64,000 bases of DNA from Podarcis melisellensis. Lineage: Eukaryota. Positions 51,481 through 64,000 of the stretch are shown piece by piece. Made by a program: the position numbers and the translations under genes. The notes beneath the pieces are model-generated. The model saw only the letters and a list, made by a program, of their open reading frames with translations. It did no database searches and was not told where the DNA came from. Every line of letters begins with the position of its first letter. Positions within the stretch are counted from its first letter, which is position 1. The DNA lies in the NCBI GenBank assembly GCA_964234715.1, contig OZ174276.1; one strand, written 5' to 3'.

Positions 51481-51569
51481 CAGTGCAATCCTAAGCATGT
51501 TTACTCAGAAGTAAGCACCATTGAATGCAATGGGGTTTCCCCCTAGTAAATGTGTTTAGGATTGCAGCC
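51481..51569. repeat. Short palindromic dispersed repeat (MITE-like) in the putative UNK 3' UTR
   Basis: Arms tgcaatcctaagcatgtttact / agtaaatgtgtttaggattgca. Degenerate relatives near 5340, 6310, 11707, 28450 and 30315. Confidence 0.65.
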
Positions 51570-52545
51570 TCCACTAATAATTTCCATTGAGATTAAATTT
51601 GCACTCTTCCCAGAGTGCTTTACAAATGGTGTTAACTCACTGATTATGTGTTAACCTTTGATTATGTGTGGTAGGCTTCCAGGAATATATATTGGGGCCT
51701 AAATCCAACTGACTTTCATTGAAATTTGTGGTTTGGAATATTTTTTGTGTTAAGCTTGTATCCAGTAAATGTGTCGTCCTGCAGTTCCCGAGTGGTAGAA
51801 CTCCCACTGCAGTTTGTTTTGACTTGTTCAGACATTGCAACAGCCTGTAGGCAACAAAAAGCAACGGTCCAGTCCAAAAGGACTCTAATCTGTCATTTTG
51901 AACTGGGGAGTTTGTTTAACATGTAAAAGTGTAATATTTAAATTTATAATCTCACTCCCTTGCTCACCAGTCTCTGCTTCATTTGCAGTAGTTGACCCAC
52001 CTTTCCCCAACCTGGAAAAGCACTGGAAACTCTAAGTTATCATTCTTTTTCATAAGGGTAATCCAGCTACTCACTGTCAGGTTTTTCCTCTGGAGTATTT
52101 TCATATTTAATGCAAGTACATCATTAGATTTGCTTCCACAATTCCACCCTCCCATATTTGGGGGGCTAATATGCATTCCCAGATGATCTCAAAGTGCAGC
52201 TCTGTTTAGGATTTATTTTTTTTTAAATTAACTTTTATGTTTGGTAAAACTGCTTTTTTTCAATGTGTATATTGTACTAGTATCTGTTGTGTTTTTTTAA
52301 AAGAACACCTAATTGGCTTCTTTCTTTTCTTTTTTGTATGGAGAGACGCTGCTGGCTGACTCTTGTGGTTGTGTTCGTTTTTGGTTGTAGCCTTTGAATG
52401 TCTGTGCCATGGGGCTTACCTGGTCTCCAAGGCCAGCAAACATGCCTCAGTCTTAAGGAAAGCTTGTTTGTTTAAAATATGTGAACATTTTTAAAACATA
52501 CACACACAAATTTAAATTATGGGGGAGTAATAATACTCTGCTGGA

Positions 52546-52599
52546 AATAAAATGTACTAAACTATTTTGGTAACTAACTTAAAGATCATAGGAAATAAA
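52546..52599 (+). terminator. Candidate distal tandem poly(A) signals of UNK
   Basis: AATAAA at 52546-52551 and 52594-52599, preceded by U-rich/TGTA-rich sequence and followed by GT/T-rich sequence. Confidence 0.55.
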
Positions 52600-55500
52600 C
52601 TCTTTGAATCGGGTCTACAGTGTTTATACAGAATTGCAGCCATTTTCAGGCTCTTTGGTGGTAACTGGTTTGTAACACTTAGTTTTGTAAACATTGTGTT
52701 TTATTGCTTCCTCTGCCTTTCTATGTGATTGTCCATAGTGAGACGATGATTTTGTGGGGGGCGATTTGTTTAGTCCTGAATTGCCACAGCTTTGTGTAAC
52801 TCCAACAGAATCCTACAGAGGGTGTTAGATGTGTCACTGGTCTCCTCAAGCGTAACTTAGAGGTAGTTTCTTTGTCCTGTTTTTAAGGCCTGGCAACTCT
52901 ATAGAATCTTGCTGGTTATCAGATTCCTCTTTCCCACTCCCCGCAACACCCCCCTAGGCAAATTGCTTTGCTGGTGCGATGAAGGGGAGAAATTATACCA
53001 GAGACAAAAGCCTGTTTACATTTAGTGCCACAACCCAATCTGTCTGTTTTATTGTGAAGGACCAAAGAATCCAAAATGGGATTTAAAAAATAAATAAATC
53101 TCCCAACCCCACAAATTCCGGACTGCTCCCAATCCAATTATGCTTTTTCCTCTACCTCGTCTCTGTCAGTATAATGCATAGGCACGAGGACATAGCAGCA
53201 GGCTGGTTTTATCCACACCTGGGAATCGTAGAAGCCCACGCTTCTCTATCCCATTCTTTAGCTCTTTTAAGACGCACTTTTTTTAGAAAAAAGAAAGCCT
53301 AGATTTCTATGAATTTTAATATTGAAATGAAACACCTGAAATGTGAATGCGTTTGTTAGGTACCAAATGAAAAAGCAAAACCAATCTGTTTTGTAACTTT
53401 GGGTTAAGTTTCTGCATAGGAATTTTTTGTTTACCGGGATAGGATGGGATGAACCATGAATGAGAGGAAATATGCATATTTTTGTTTAACCGAAAGCAAA
53501 TCTTGATTGAGCTAGTAGTTTCTGATTTGAATAGTACCTGCTCAGCACTGGGGGGTTTTTTAGGCTAACTTGATTATGTGATTGGGTTTTGCCTGATGCT
53601 AAAGCTATTATTTGGTGCTAGAGTAAATCATCCTAAATAGACAGCCCTAGGAGATGTGCTTGGATTATGAAAGTTCACACACTTCTGAGCAGAATGCCTC
53701 TTGTATTCCCTCTCTGGCCTCTATGCCAAGGCCTAATGGGGGGGGGGGGGAATCATTCCAAAAGTTTGGGGAGGACCTGCTAATATGACTAATTTTACCA
53801 GCCAAGGGAATATTGTGGTTGCAAAAACCAGAGTATCCAAAAAGGCTGGTAGACTTACCTTGATTAGCAGTAGAGAACTATCAGGTACCTGAAGAATTAG
53901 TAGAGAAGTAAGTGTTAAGAATTAACCTGTATATTGCTTCTTTTAAAATGATTGGCTTTGTGGGGCTGAGGAATTTCCACACATTCGGGCAGATGACCGA
54001 GTAATCATACAGCTCAGAGGTGCCGGGCTATGCTTCTCTACTGCCCTACTTCAGCAGAGGGAAAGCGGCACCTAACAATTTATTGTGGGGAATTGCCTAT
54101 ATGCAGCACACAGGGTCTGGGTTTGCATGTAACACTTAAGTGATGGCTCAGTATTATAAGGCTAAGCTGCAGCCCTGCAGTCTCTGGTGCATTCACACAA
54201 GCTTTCACTTCCATTTTAGACTAACCACAGATTCTTGTGACATTTAAATCTGGATAAACTGCATTTAATCTTAACTACAGATAGTGAAAGCAACTTCAAA
54301 CCATGGTTTATAAAGCTGCCTCTCTCCACCCCCATAACCATAGATACAATTAACCTCCGTTTACGGTTTGGCTGTAATGTTCAAGCAGAAGCTTCCAGTT
54401 TCCTCCTCGTTGCAGTGCTGGAGGTGGCAAGCAGAGCATACATACCCAAGGTTTCCTTCAGCTTGTCCTTCTAATGCTAAACCATCACTTAGCATCACAT
54501 GTAAACAGAGCCAGAGACCCCACACAGAATTCTTCACAGGAAAATTCCTTTTTCTTTTTAACTTTCCATAAGTCTCCAAGCTTAACCTGAGCCACTTCAA
54601 GGGCTGCACAGCTCAGACAAATGAAGAGAATTTCCTTCCTTAGCATGGAAAGACAAAGGACTCAACAGTTTAGTGCTGTCCCACTAGACAGACAGGACTT
54701 TCCCATATTGTTTCCTTCCCCAAAAGGGAAAAGTATTTACCACCAGTGTGGGGGCATTTTCTCATTTTTTCCCTCCTTTTGATTCCCTTCCGGGATTATA
54801 TCAGCCTTTAGAGCAATGCAACCGGAAAGTAGATGTTGCTGGCGAAAAGTATTATAAGTGAAGTATTCCTGCAAACTGGTGACTGTGGATCAAAAGATCT
54901 CTATGGGGCTTCCCCACTCTGTAGCTTCCAATGTTTGAAAGGAAAAAAATATATAAATACATTCTATATAAATTCTTAAAATTACACACTACAGTATTTA
55001 TGGTGGCAATTCTGAACCAGTCTCTCTCCTTGGATTTTCCTAGGCAGGGGAGGGTGGAGGGTGGCTGGGACAGAGAGCCGCTCAAGTCTGTGTAGAAGTC
55101 AGCCAAAAGGTAATAGGTGGTGTGTACAATGTGGTGTTTGATTCCATTATTATAGACTGTAATGCGGAACTGTGATTTCAGCTGTTGTTCTTTCTCGTAT
55201 TCTGTATATATGTGTGTTTGGCTGTCCAGAAACCTGGTTTTAGACACTCTTTCTTGGCAAAGTGGATTTGCATGTGGAGCTTAAAAAAATGCAATCTTGT
55301 GTCACAATTTCCAAGGGCAGGATGGATTTTCTAGAAGACAATAAATTTTTTTATTTTTTTGCTAAGAAAAAAAAGGCAGCAGTTTTGTGTGTGCATATGT
55401 ATGTGTGTTTTAGAGTGTATATGTGGTGTCTATGTGAGTTTTCTTAGTACCTTTGATCTCTACTTGAAAGCTAGAGAGGTTGGGGGGGGGACCTGCCTAA

Positions 55501-58144
55501 CATTCCACTAGGAAGGTCTCCTGTTCAAGCTCCATGAAGTGAATGGCAGGTATGTGAAGCATCTGCACCGTGGTAAAATGAACACGCTCCCTTTGCTCTC
55601 ATGGAACTTGTGCCGGAAGTGATTCTTTGTAGATTGTAGGCCAGGAATGCTGCACAATCACATCTTTTTTCACCTTCCAGTTGGTTATATAGAAACAATA
55701 GCCTTTGCAGCCTAGAGGACTGCAAAGATAGAACCCACTCAATTTACTGTATTTTATATAAATATATCCCTCATACTGCTCAAGATACAATACAATTTCA
55801 GGGTTTTGTGAAAGATGGTTTATCTTGGAATATCTCCCAACACACCACCTGCAACAGCATCTTGGATTCCATGGAAACAAAGTTCTAGATCTGGGGAGAA
55901 TCTGCTTTTGAATGGGAACTTTTCCTCAGTTGGCTTTTTAAGGACCCAACTGGAAATGGGGAAAGCTTATCTCTTTACTTAGAACTCCTAACCCAGAGAT
56001 CTCCGTATACTCTTCTCACTTCAAATTTTGTGTGCAGCAGTGCCTTGTCTCCTCTTTCCATTAACAAAAGAGAGAGAGAAACAATGACATTTTGTAATTG
56101 GCCTCCCAAAATCTTGAATCCAGAATAAAGTGAGCAAATTTGAGAATTCTGGGTTTGGACCATGGGGAAAAAAATTGTGGAAATTTAATAATGCTAATCC
56201 AGCTATTTAGTCAGCCTTAAGACCCATTGAAATCAGCAGGACATATTCTTGATTGAATTGAGACCCAGTGGTTGCTTAGCCCAAATTGCCCCATTGATTT
56301 CACTGGAACGTTTTGCATGATTAACTTTGTCTGAACTAGTATGTAGCTATCTTATTTGTAGTGGTAGCCAACATGGTGCCCTCCAATTCCTATCGACCCC
56401 AGTCAACATGACCAGTAGTCAGGGATGGTTCAGCAACCTCTGTAAGTCACCACATTGACACCCCCTAGCATAATGGTATCTCTGTTTGCTATCTGTACAA
56501 GCTGTCTTGTTTTTGTAATTGTGTCTCCATAGTGATTCTATCCCATCCCCTGTCCTCGCTTACTAGTATTCTCCTTTGGCTGAGTAAACACAGCCCCAAA
56601 GCGTGAATGATTAGGAATAAGTAATGGGTGCAGGCTGGAGAGAGATGGGACACACCGACAGCTTCTCAGTGCTAGAATGTAGGTTCTTTGGTCAATCACT
56701 GAACTAGAAAAGTAGTACCCACAGGCAAGCCTTTCTGGAAAAATAAAGATTCAACCACTCAACTACTCTTAATTAGATGAGGCAGAAGGATCAATCCACA
56801 TTTCATGAAATCACAACATAGAAGCTGCTGCAGCGGAGGCTAGCTAGCTAGTGACTTATTTACTTGTAAGACCAGCAAATGCTGAGATCTACACATGTGT
56901 TAATTACTATGCACATGTGCTTTCTATGCCTTGTCTCTGTAACAGGGATGAAGAACCATTTTCAGTTTGAGGGCTGTCATTCCCTTCTAGGGGTGACGAT
57001 AAACACTAAATAGAGGGTGGGGCAGCTTATATAAATTACACTCCTCTCTGTGACCCTCCAGGTGTCACCGGAATACAACTCCCATAATCCCCGACTGTTG
57101 GCAATACAGCCAGGGACTAATGGGGAGTTAGAGTCAAGCAGAAGCTGATGGCCACAGGTTCCCCAACCCTGACGTAGAACAAGATGCTTTATATTGGTAG
57201 CACAAGCATGGCTTGTACAAGTTGAAGTCTTGCTTCCCTAACATTTTAAGAAGCATCTGGGGGTTAACCAAATAGGTAGAGAAGTGATCTTATAGGCATC
57301 ATTTACTTTTGGTGACATAACTTCCCTAAGGCCTCTGCCTGAACTTAGTTGTCTCGGGATAAAATGACAGATCCTCTTTTTGCATCAAGATTTGGTTGGC
57401 GAACAGGACTCTGCACATAGAAAGAAGAGACTGTTATCACAGGAGGAGAAGGAGGTAAGTACTATGCCATGCCAAAGACCTGCGATGGGAGTGCCGCTAC
57501 TTCATTTACTCATAAGCGTTCTGGAGGTCAAGTCTGTGGAAGATAACAATTTTGCAGGGAGGTGACAAATGTGAGATGCCCCAAACTGGCCTTTCTACTA
57601 CATATTTCATAACCAACAGAATGGCATATGAAATCAAAAGTAAATGTAAAGTGGCAAAAAAATAACTTCACATATATACTGATAGAATTCTAAACTGACC
57701 TGGGACTCAAACTTGCCATCATAATGGATGGCACAATAAAAATGGCATAGCTGTGTAGGAATGAAGATTCCATGCTGGGCCCAGTTTGGAAATGGCCTGA
57801 AAATGGCCAATATAATAATGTCTTTCTTAAAACCAAGGGGCAACCACCTCTAGACTACTACATGCATGTTCTGGTCATGCCAACTCAACAAGGACATCAC
57901 AAAGCTAGAAAAGAGGCAGAGAAGTGCAGTCAATATGATCAAGCAATGAAAACGCCTTCCCAATTAAGAAAGGCTAAAGTGTTTGGGGTTATTAACATAA
58001 GAGATGACATGGAGAAAATAGGATATCAAAGGGTGCAATGGGTAGAAGGTTAAGAGTGAGCATTTTCTCCCCTCTCCCTTTCATACTGTACTGGAGCCCA
58101 GGTTACCCACTGAAACTGATAAAGGAATAGATTCACAACAGCCA

Positions 58145-58785
58145 AGCCTGGGCGATATATGAGGAGCAGACCGCGATGTCGGTTCCACTGAGAGGTATAT
58201 CGCTGCTGAAACTGCCACCACTCCTGAGTCCGTCTGCTATCAACATCTGCTGGAGGGAGTCAAGAGTTCGTCCAGTGGGCGCTGCTTAGCAGAGGGACTC
58301 TGAAGCGGTGGTGGTTTCACCAGCGATATACCGCTCAGTGGAACTGACATCGCGATCTGCTCCTCATACAATGCAGAGGGAGAAACAAGCTGTATTGGCG
58401 AGGCGCCGATACAGCTTGTTCCTCCCTCTGCATCTTTAAACTGCTCAACTGAGCAGTTTATAGCTGCTCTTGCCTCAGCTGAGCAGTTAAAGGAGCCCCG
58501 ATGCTCTGCCCATTCACCTGTGAGCGGCAAGAGCGCAGGGGCTGTCTCAGCTGGGGAGGGGGAAACTTTCCCAAGCCCCAGCTGAGCTGCACAAACTGTG
58601 TTGTCCCAGCCCATGAGCGTCTGGGTGAAACCGCATCAGTTCCCAAGGTGAGAGCTGGGGCACTTTCACCAGGTGCCTCACGGGCAGAGGCCAATGCAGC
58701 TTGCTTTTCAGCATCTCGGTATAGCACCACGATGTTTGGCTGGCGATATAGCGCAATTTTGAAAAGCTGATGTTGCCCAACCCTA
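58145..58785. mobile_element. Probable non-autonomous hAT-like DNA transposon with multiple internal hairpins
   Basis: Termini ...ctgggcgata / ...gttgcccaaccct, CpG-rich, with internal inverted repeats. Confidence 0.5.
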
Positions 58786-58969
58786 CCTACAGCACATGAT
58801 TTATGGCACTTGAGCCACAAAATGTGCTGACCCTTTGGTTGAATGGTTTTAATGCAGGCCTAGTCAAATTTAGGGAGGCCATGTTTAGCAGCAGCCACTG
58901 TAGTCATGATGTGTATGATGGCTAAACAAAACTCCCAGGTTCAGAAGTAGTATACTGTCCTCTCAGTTT

Positions 58970-58975
58970 TTTATT
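58970..58975 (-). terminator. Candidate UNC13D poly(A) signal
   Basis: AATAAA on the - strand (tttatt on +), about 2.6 kb past the stop. An ATTAAA alternative lies at 60845-60850. Confidence 0.35.
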
Positions 58976-61543
58976 CATACAGCCACAAACCTGCACAATC
59001 TCCATGAAATAGGGATTTGGCAACACACAAAAGGAAACCTGATTATCTGGGTTATCCAATTGCTGGTTCCACCCTGAGTAATTATTTTAAATGTTCCCAG
59101 TGACAAAAGTTAGAGCAGCCCATAGACTGGAATTGGGCACAAGTGTCTCCACCACCACACCAGCAACACTCCAAATGCAGGGTGGATCCTGAGCATGTTC
59201 CGGTGGGCATGAAATGGTTTTAAGAGAGTGAATGGTTGGGGTAGGGCAGTCGGGAGGGAATGGAGTAACCGGAACACTGAACAGAAGTGCCACATTCTGT
59301 TGCACTGCCACACTTCTTAGTTACACTTCCATTTGCAAAATTGGAGGGGGAGGCAAACAGTAAGGGAGAGCTGTTGCTTTCACACCCTGCTATGGGCTGT
59401 GCAAAACATCTGGTTGGCCATTTTTGGTACCAGGATGCTTCAAGGAGGACGCTCTTGCTTTGAATCAATGCAGGACTTATGCTACATCCCTTCCTCCTGC
59501 AACTACCCTAGCTGTCTCTGCAGAGGTTGCTTTCTACAGGCCTTTACAAAAGGAAATGAGATTACTTCATACTCCGTTTCCCTCCCTGCTGCCAGTGCCA
59601 CGGAATGCTACTATCCCCTTCTTACACTGTATTCACCAATTTAAACTGGAACACATTATAGAATAAGTGGTGTATAGTATGCCAATAAGTCTCCTGAGGT
59701 ACACTGGAGGAAAACACACCGTTTACCTTAAAAAAATCCTGATTTTTTTTATGGGGGGGTTTAGTAGATAAGACATCCAGCAGCTGTGCTCTATATAGAG
59801 GATGCTCTCGGGTTTTCTCTCCTCTGCAAAGGCTGTGTAGTAAGTGGAAGGCATTAAAGCACTACATATTTAAGCTGCTCAAAAATGCCTCCACAAGAGC
59901 CTGTCCACTCAGCTCTACCCTCAGGAATGTATGCACATACACACAGTTGTAAAAATAGGAAACGCTTTTGCTTGCTCAGAGCTCACCCCGCCCAAACTAA
60001 ACGAGAGCCTGGCCTGGTTTCTTTCACAGCCTTTAGCCTTTAGCTGCTAATGTGACAGAAATAGCATGCCTTAGCCTCACATAATCCTTTAGTTGTCCTT
60101 TTCACTTACAGGAAAGCAATTCCTCTTGATGGGAGAGGAAAGCAGCCGAGAACTACAGTCTACTGAGCAAATTTCCCCTTGCACAGAATTTCCCCTTGCA
60201 CAGAAACCTTGGCTATATCTACCACCACAACACTGACAACAATCTTTAGGAAAAACAGGAAAACTTAAGTTGTAGAGCAGGAGTGGGGATGGAATCTGTG
60301 GCCCTCCAGATGTCAGACTCGCAACTTGCAGCCAGCTTGGCCAATGCTATGGATGATGGGAATTGGGGTCCAGGTTCCCCATCCTTACTATAAAGACTTG
60401 GCATCACTGGCAGTGGAAACACCTGACTGCAAAGGAGTGGAGTGGGGGGGAACAAGTCTCAAATGCTCAGAAATTGAGGGAATGCTTCCTGCAGTGCTAT
60501 GATCAAAGCTTACGTTAGGCTGTCTTTAGGTCTACCTGTAGGTCAGGGTTCAAAGTAACACTTCACAAGCCTTTATGCTGAAATGCAGGTGAAATTCTAA
60601 TCGTGGTGGTGGTGACTGCAGTCTTATGCTCCCATCAAAGCCAAGCACAGCTTACAGGTATAAACAACAACAGCACTGTTCATAGAACATGCAGCTTTTC
60701 TTTTCAATTAAATCCTCCCCTGCTTTAAAACGCAAGAGTTTCCACTCCCCAGCAACATCTGTGCCTTCTTTGTGATAATCAGAATTGTGCCCTGGAGATG
60801 AGTGGGCATAGAATCCATCACAGCGTACAGCCAGCGGCTCTTCCATTTAATTCCTTTTTAAGTCAGTGATGCTTAAATCAGAAGGAAGTGCCAGTTCCTG
60901 TAGCAGAGATTAGTGATCGCAGGTCTGGGGTGTTTGCTTTTAACTCACCGAAAGCTGCTCTCCCACCCCCACCCCACCCTTTGGCTTTCTGGTGTACCAG
61001 GCTGCCTGCTTTCCATGCCATCTGGCGAACAGAGTAAAGCATTTCCTGGGGGAAATCCACAAGGGGCACATTACAAGCTTTGCCGGCCAAACAGGCTCTT
61101 TCTCAGTCCTCGTGTGCACGCATGCGTGCCAATTGTGCGCATGTGTTTGCTTGCAGCATCCCTTAGCCTGCAGTATGAAAATCAAATAGTACCACGTTTT
61201 ACATTGTTCTTAAAATAAAATAAGGGAAGTCCTTACTGCAGATGAAGAACGGATGAATGGGGATGGGAGTAAGTGGCACAACCCTTTCCTGTTGCCTCTT
61301 GAATGGAAAGGTCAAACATTCATCCAGACACAGCTTGCTCTTCAGCATGCACTGACAAAAGAGCCCCAGGGTCTGCTATGGCCAGGCTAGAATGCCGCAT
61401 GTCCCTCTGGCATCTAATGCACCAGCAGAAAAAGCTGGAGTGGAAGAAGGGCTTCCTGCTCAACATGGTGTATTTGCTGTCGCCATGGCAGCACAGGCCC
61501 TGCCTGCTGCACCTTTTCAGCTCAGTCCCTTCTGTTGCAGCCC

Positions 61544-61668
61544 CTATTGTTGCTCCTGCTGTCGCTCAGTCTCCCTGGATTGCTTTGCTCGTTGTCTGCG
61601 GAGCTTCACAAATGCCTGGGCTTCCTTGTCTCCTTTGCGGGTCTCCAGCAGCTTCAAGATTTCAGCGC
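61544..61668 (-). CDS. UNC13D: UNC13D (Munc13-4) terminal coding exon ([40 protein letters not shown])
   Basis: Minus-strand acceptor ctctctcactctgccccag|, phase 1, stop TAG 61546-61544. Matches the human C-terminus [27 protein letters not shown] as recalled, and UNK-UNC13D synteny. Not in the ORF track. Upstream exons appear to lie outside the window. Confidence 0.9.
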
Positions 61669-61924
61669 CTGGGGCAGAGTGAGAGAGTTGGCATGCAATC
61701 AGTGAGATGTGGAATCAAGTAGACTGCTCCTACAACTAAATGTCTCTTGACGTTTAACACAAACCCAGTTTCCTGCAGACAGACATCACAAAAGCTAGGC
61801 AACAAGCAAGACTTAAGCTTCTTCTAGGCCAAAGCCAAGAATCCTGGCCCCTCAAAAAGTTACCTATTGCATATATCCCAAAACATCCTAAAGCAGAGAA
61901 GCCCAGAGGTACCTGATGGAAAAC

Positions 61925-62024
61925 CAAACTGCGGGAGGCAGTGGAGGACAGAGGTGCCTGGCGTTCTCTGGTCCATGGGGTCACGAAGAGTCGGACACGA
62001 CTAAACGACTAAACAACAACAACA
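61925..62024 (+). mobile_element. BovB 3' tail fragment in the last UNC13D intron
   Basis: ...ggtcacgaagagtcggacacgactaaacgactaaa(caa)n, 14-bp TSD acctgatggaaaac (61911-61924 and 62025-62038). Confidence 0.9.
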
Positions 62025-63141
62025 ACCTGATGGAAAACTGCAGGACATCGCCAAGGCGTAACAAGCTAATGGATGCAGCTAATGGATACTATGCGAATGA
62101 TGTGTGTGCCCCATGAAGAACAAGGCTAATTGAAAAACAGCTGTTTCCATTTCCTGTTCTAGCTCCAAGCACCTCTTGTAACTCCCTTTAGTGAGTCAAA
62201 ACGCTGTTCCCCAATGGAGGTTGCTATGGAAGCAGCTTTCCAAGCAGTGAGGAAAAGGGAATCTTATTAAAAGGAGAATGGAGTTTGGGTGTGGTGGGTT
62301 GTGTTACTGTCCATCGCCTTTTGAGCTGTTGGAAGTAAAAGCAGGAGATCTCTAGTTAAGAGTCAACTGCTAACGCTGCTCCTATGATGCTCAGGTAAAT
62401 CCAGCAGCAGTCCAGTGGGTGCAGTCCAGCGTCCCTAGGAAGGGGGCAGTGTAGAAGCTACGGTGATAAAAAGGACAGCAACCTGTAATCTAAAAAATCT
62501 CTTCATCTTGCCTCACTTTTGGAAAATGCCTCACATTGTATATTTATTTATTTAGATGCCACTTGTATGCAAAAATGGCTCTGAAGCTGTTTACAAGTAT
62601 AAAATCAATTATTAAATTAACATATTATTAAAACACACAATAAAAACCATTCCAAAGCATTAAAAACATACACAATTAAACAAGCCATGTAAAAAACATA
62701 ACAATTTAAACAGTTTTTTTAAAAAACAAAAACACCACAACTTACACGTGGGTTTTGCTCTGGGGATAGTACCTGATAACAAACTTGTGTATGGTCAAAA
62801 CACATTGTGTGCAATGGCGGGGGGTGGGCATTGCTAAAGTCTTTTTCCTCAGTCTTTTTAAAAAAAAACAAAACAAACCTTATTTTGCCAAAAGTGCAAA
62901 GCTGAATGCTCACAAGTTAAATATATTTAAGTTGTGGATTTACTGTATCAGAAAGTTCAAGTTCAGGGGAATGCTTGCCTAAATGGCTGGGTCATCAAGT
63001 GCAGGGGGAATGCTGTAATTGAGGAAGCCTCTCCTACAGCAGCAGGGAAGGAATTTCTCAACACTGGTGCCACTGGTGAAAAAGCCTGCCTCCATGCTAC
63101 CCTCAAACCAATTATCATTTCATTTGCTATGGACACACTTA

Positions 63142-63353
63142 GGGCTCATCCAGACTTCTGCTTTCCCCTCTGCATTCCCCTGATCTTTTGTTCTCAATTG
63201 GAGCAAGCATCAATCAGGTGCTTTTGCTGGACTGATGTTTGCTCCAATTTAAAGCTAAAGTGCACATTTTCCCCAGGAACAGAGTAGGGCAAATGGAAAA
63301 CCACTTGGACCTTTGCTTTCTAGCTACGGGACAGAAGACATGTAGATGAGCCC
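63142..63353. mobile_element. PIF/Harbinger-like palindromic MITE
   Basis: TTA|gggctcatc ... gatgagccc|TTA (3-bp TSD), central hairpin aattggagcaa...ttgctccaatt. Confidence 0.65.
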
Positions 63354-64000
63354 TTAAAAGTCCTAAGTACAGTCAGTCCTTTGTTCCTGCTTGGCTTTTT
63401 CTGCCCATTCTGCAGATATTTGCCCCTCAAACATTACCCATTATCAGCCTGTTTGCCACAGAGCCCTAACTTTCCACCCATATTATACAAGGAGCCATCT
63501 TATGAAAATAAGCCATCCCTACACTCTCTCTGTCTCTGAAATGAAGCAGTAGAACAGAAGCCACGCCTAGCTCTATGGCTCCAGTAACAGATCAAAGCCA
63601 AGGTTCCAAAACCATACTAAGCCTGCTGTGTTCCATAACATCCTAGGTTCCAAACTTAGAAGACAGGTTATGAAACCAGCCTTCTAGTTTTTAGTTAAAT
63701 TGCTAATGCTGAAATGGCTGGGGGAATATTGACAATTCCCCCTAAACTCCCAGTGGGAAGGGATTGAAATGCAGGCAGCAGAACTCCTAATTCCCAGCAC
63801 CATTACGCCACCTACACTACACATTTAAAACAGTATCATGCCACTTCAAGCAGCCATGGTCTTCCTCAAAGAATCCTGGGAGCTGTAGTTTGTTATGTGT
63901 GCCGAGAGTTGCTAAGAGACCCCTACTCTCCTCAGAAAGCTACCACTCCCAGAGTTCTCTGAGAAGAAGGTTCAACAGTCCAGCCACTCTGGAAATTGCA

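Noticed and set aside
61303-61722. 139-aa and 96-aa plus-strand ORFs
   Set aside because: Antisense shadows of the UNC13D terminal exon and its UTR.

Overview
Vertebrate genomic DNA from a squamate reptile, probably a lacertid lizard (Sauria SINE, BovB, L2, Penelope and Tigger-like MITE repeats). The window holds a complete + strand UNK gene (Unkempt; six CCCH zinc fingers and a C-terminal RING). It has a CpG-island promoter at about 3.5-4.3 kb and 16 canonical GT-AG coding exons from ATG 3843 to TGA 48621 (2430 nt, 809 aa). The 3' UTR is probably about 4 kb. The last coding exon of a convergent UNC13D (Munc13-4) lies at 61544-61668 on the - strand, the same gene order I recall for human 17q25. 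The most notable observations are: (1) two frame-preserving cassette-exon candidates in UNK that are absent from the canonical human protein as I recall it, a 27-nt microexon with SRRM4-type UGC and RBFOX motifs (44808-44834) and a 48-nt Ser/Thr/Pro-rich exon (31895-31942); (2) a 598-bp solo LTR with a decayed ~137-aa ORF, acidic/Trp-rich at the N-terminus with a reconstructed RRRSLRL motif near the C-terminus; (3) Penelope-like remnants carrying minimal hammerhead ribozyme motifs, one of them a ~97-bp-arm palindrome with a ribozyme on each strand. All homology calls are from recall of known proteins and repeat families; no database search was run.
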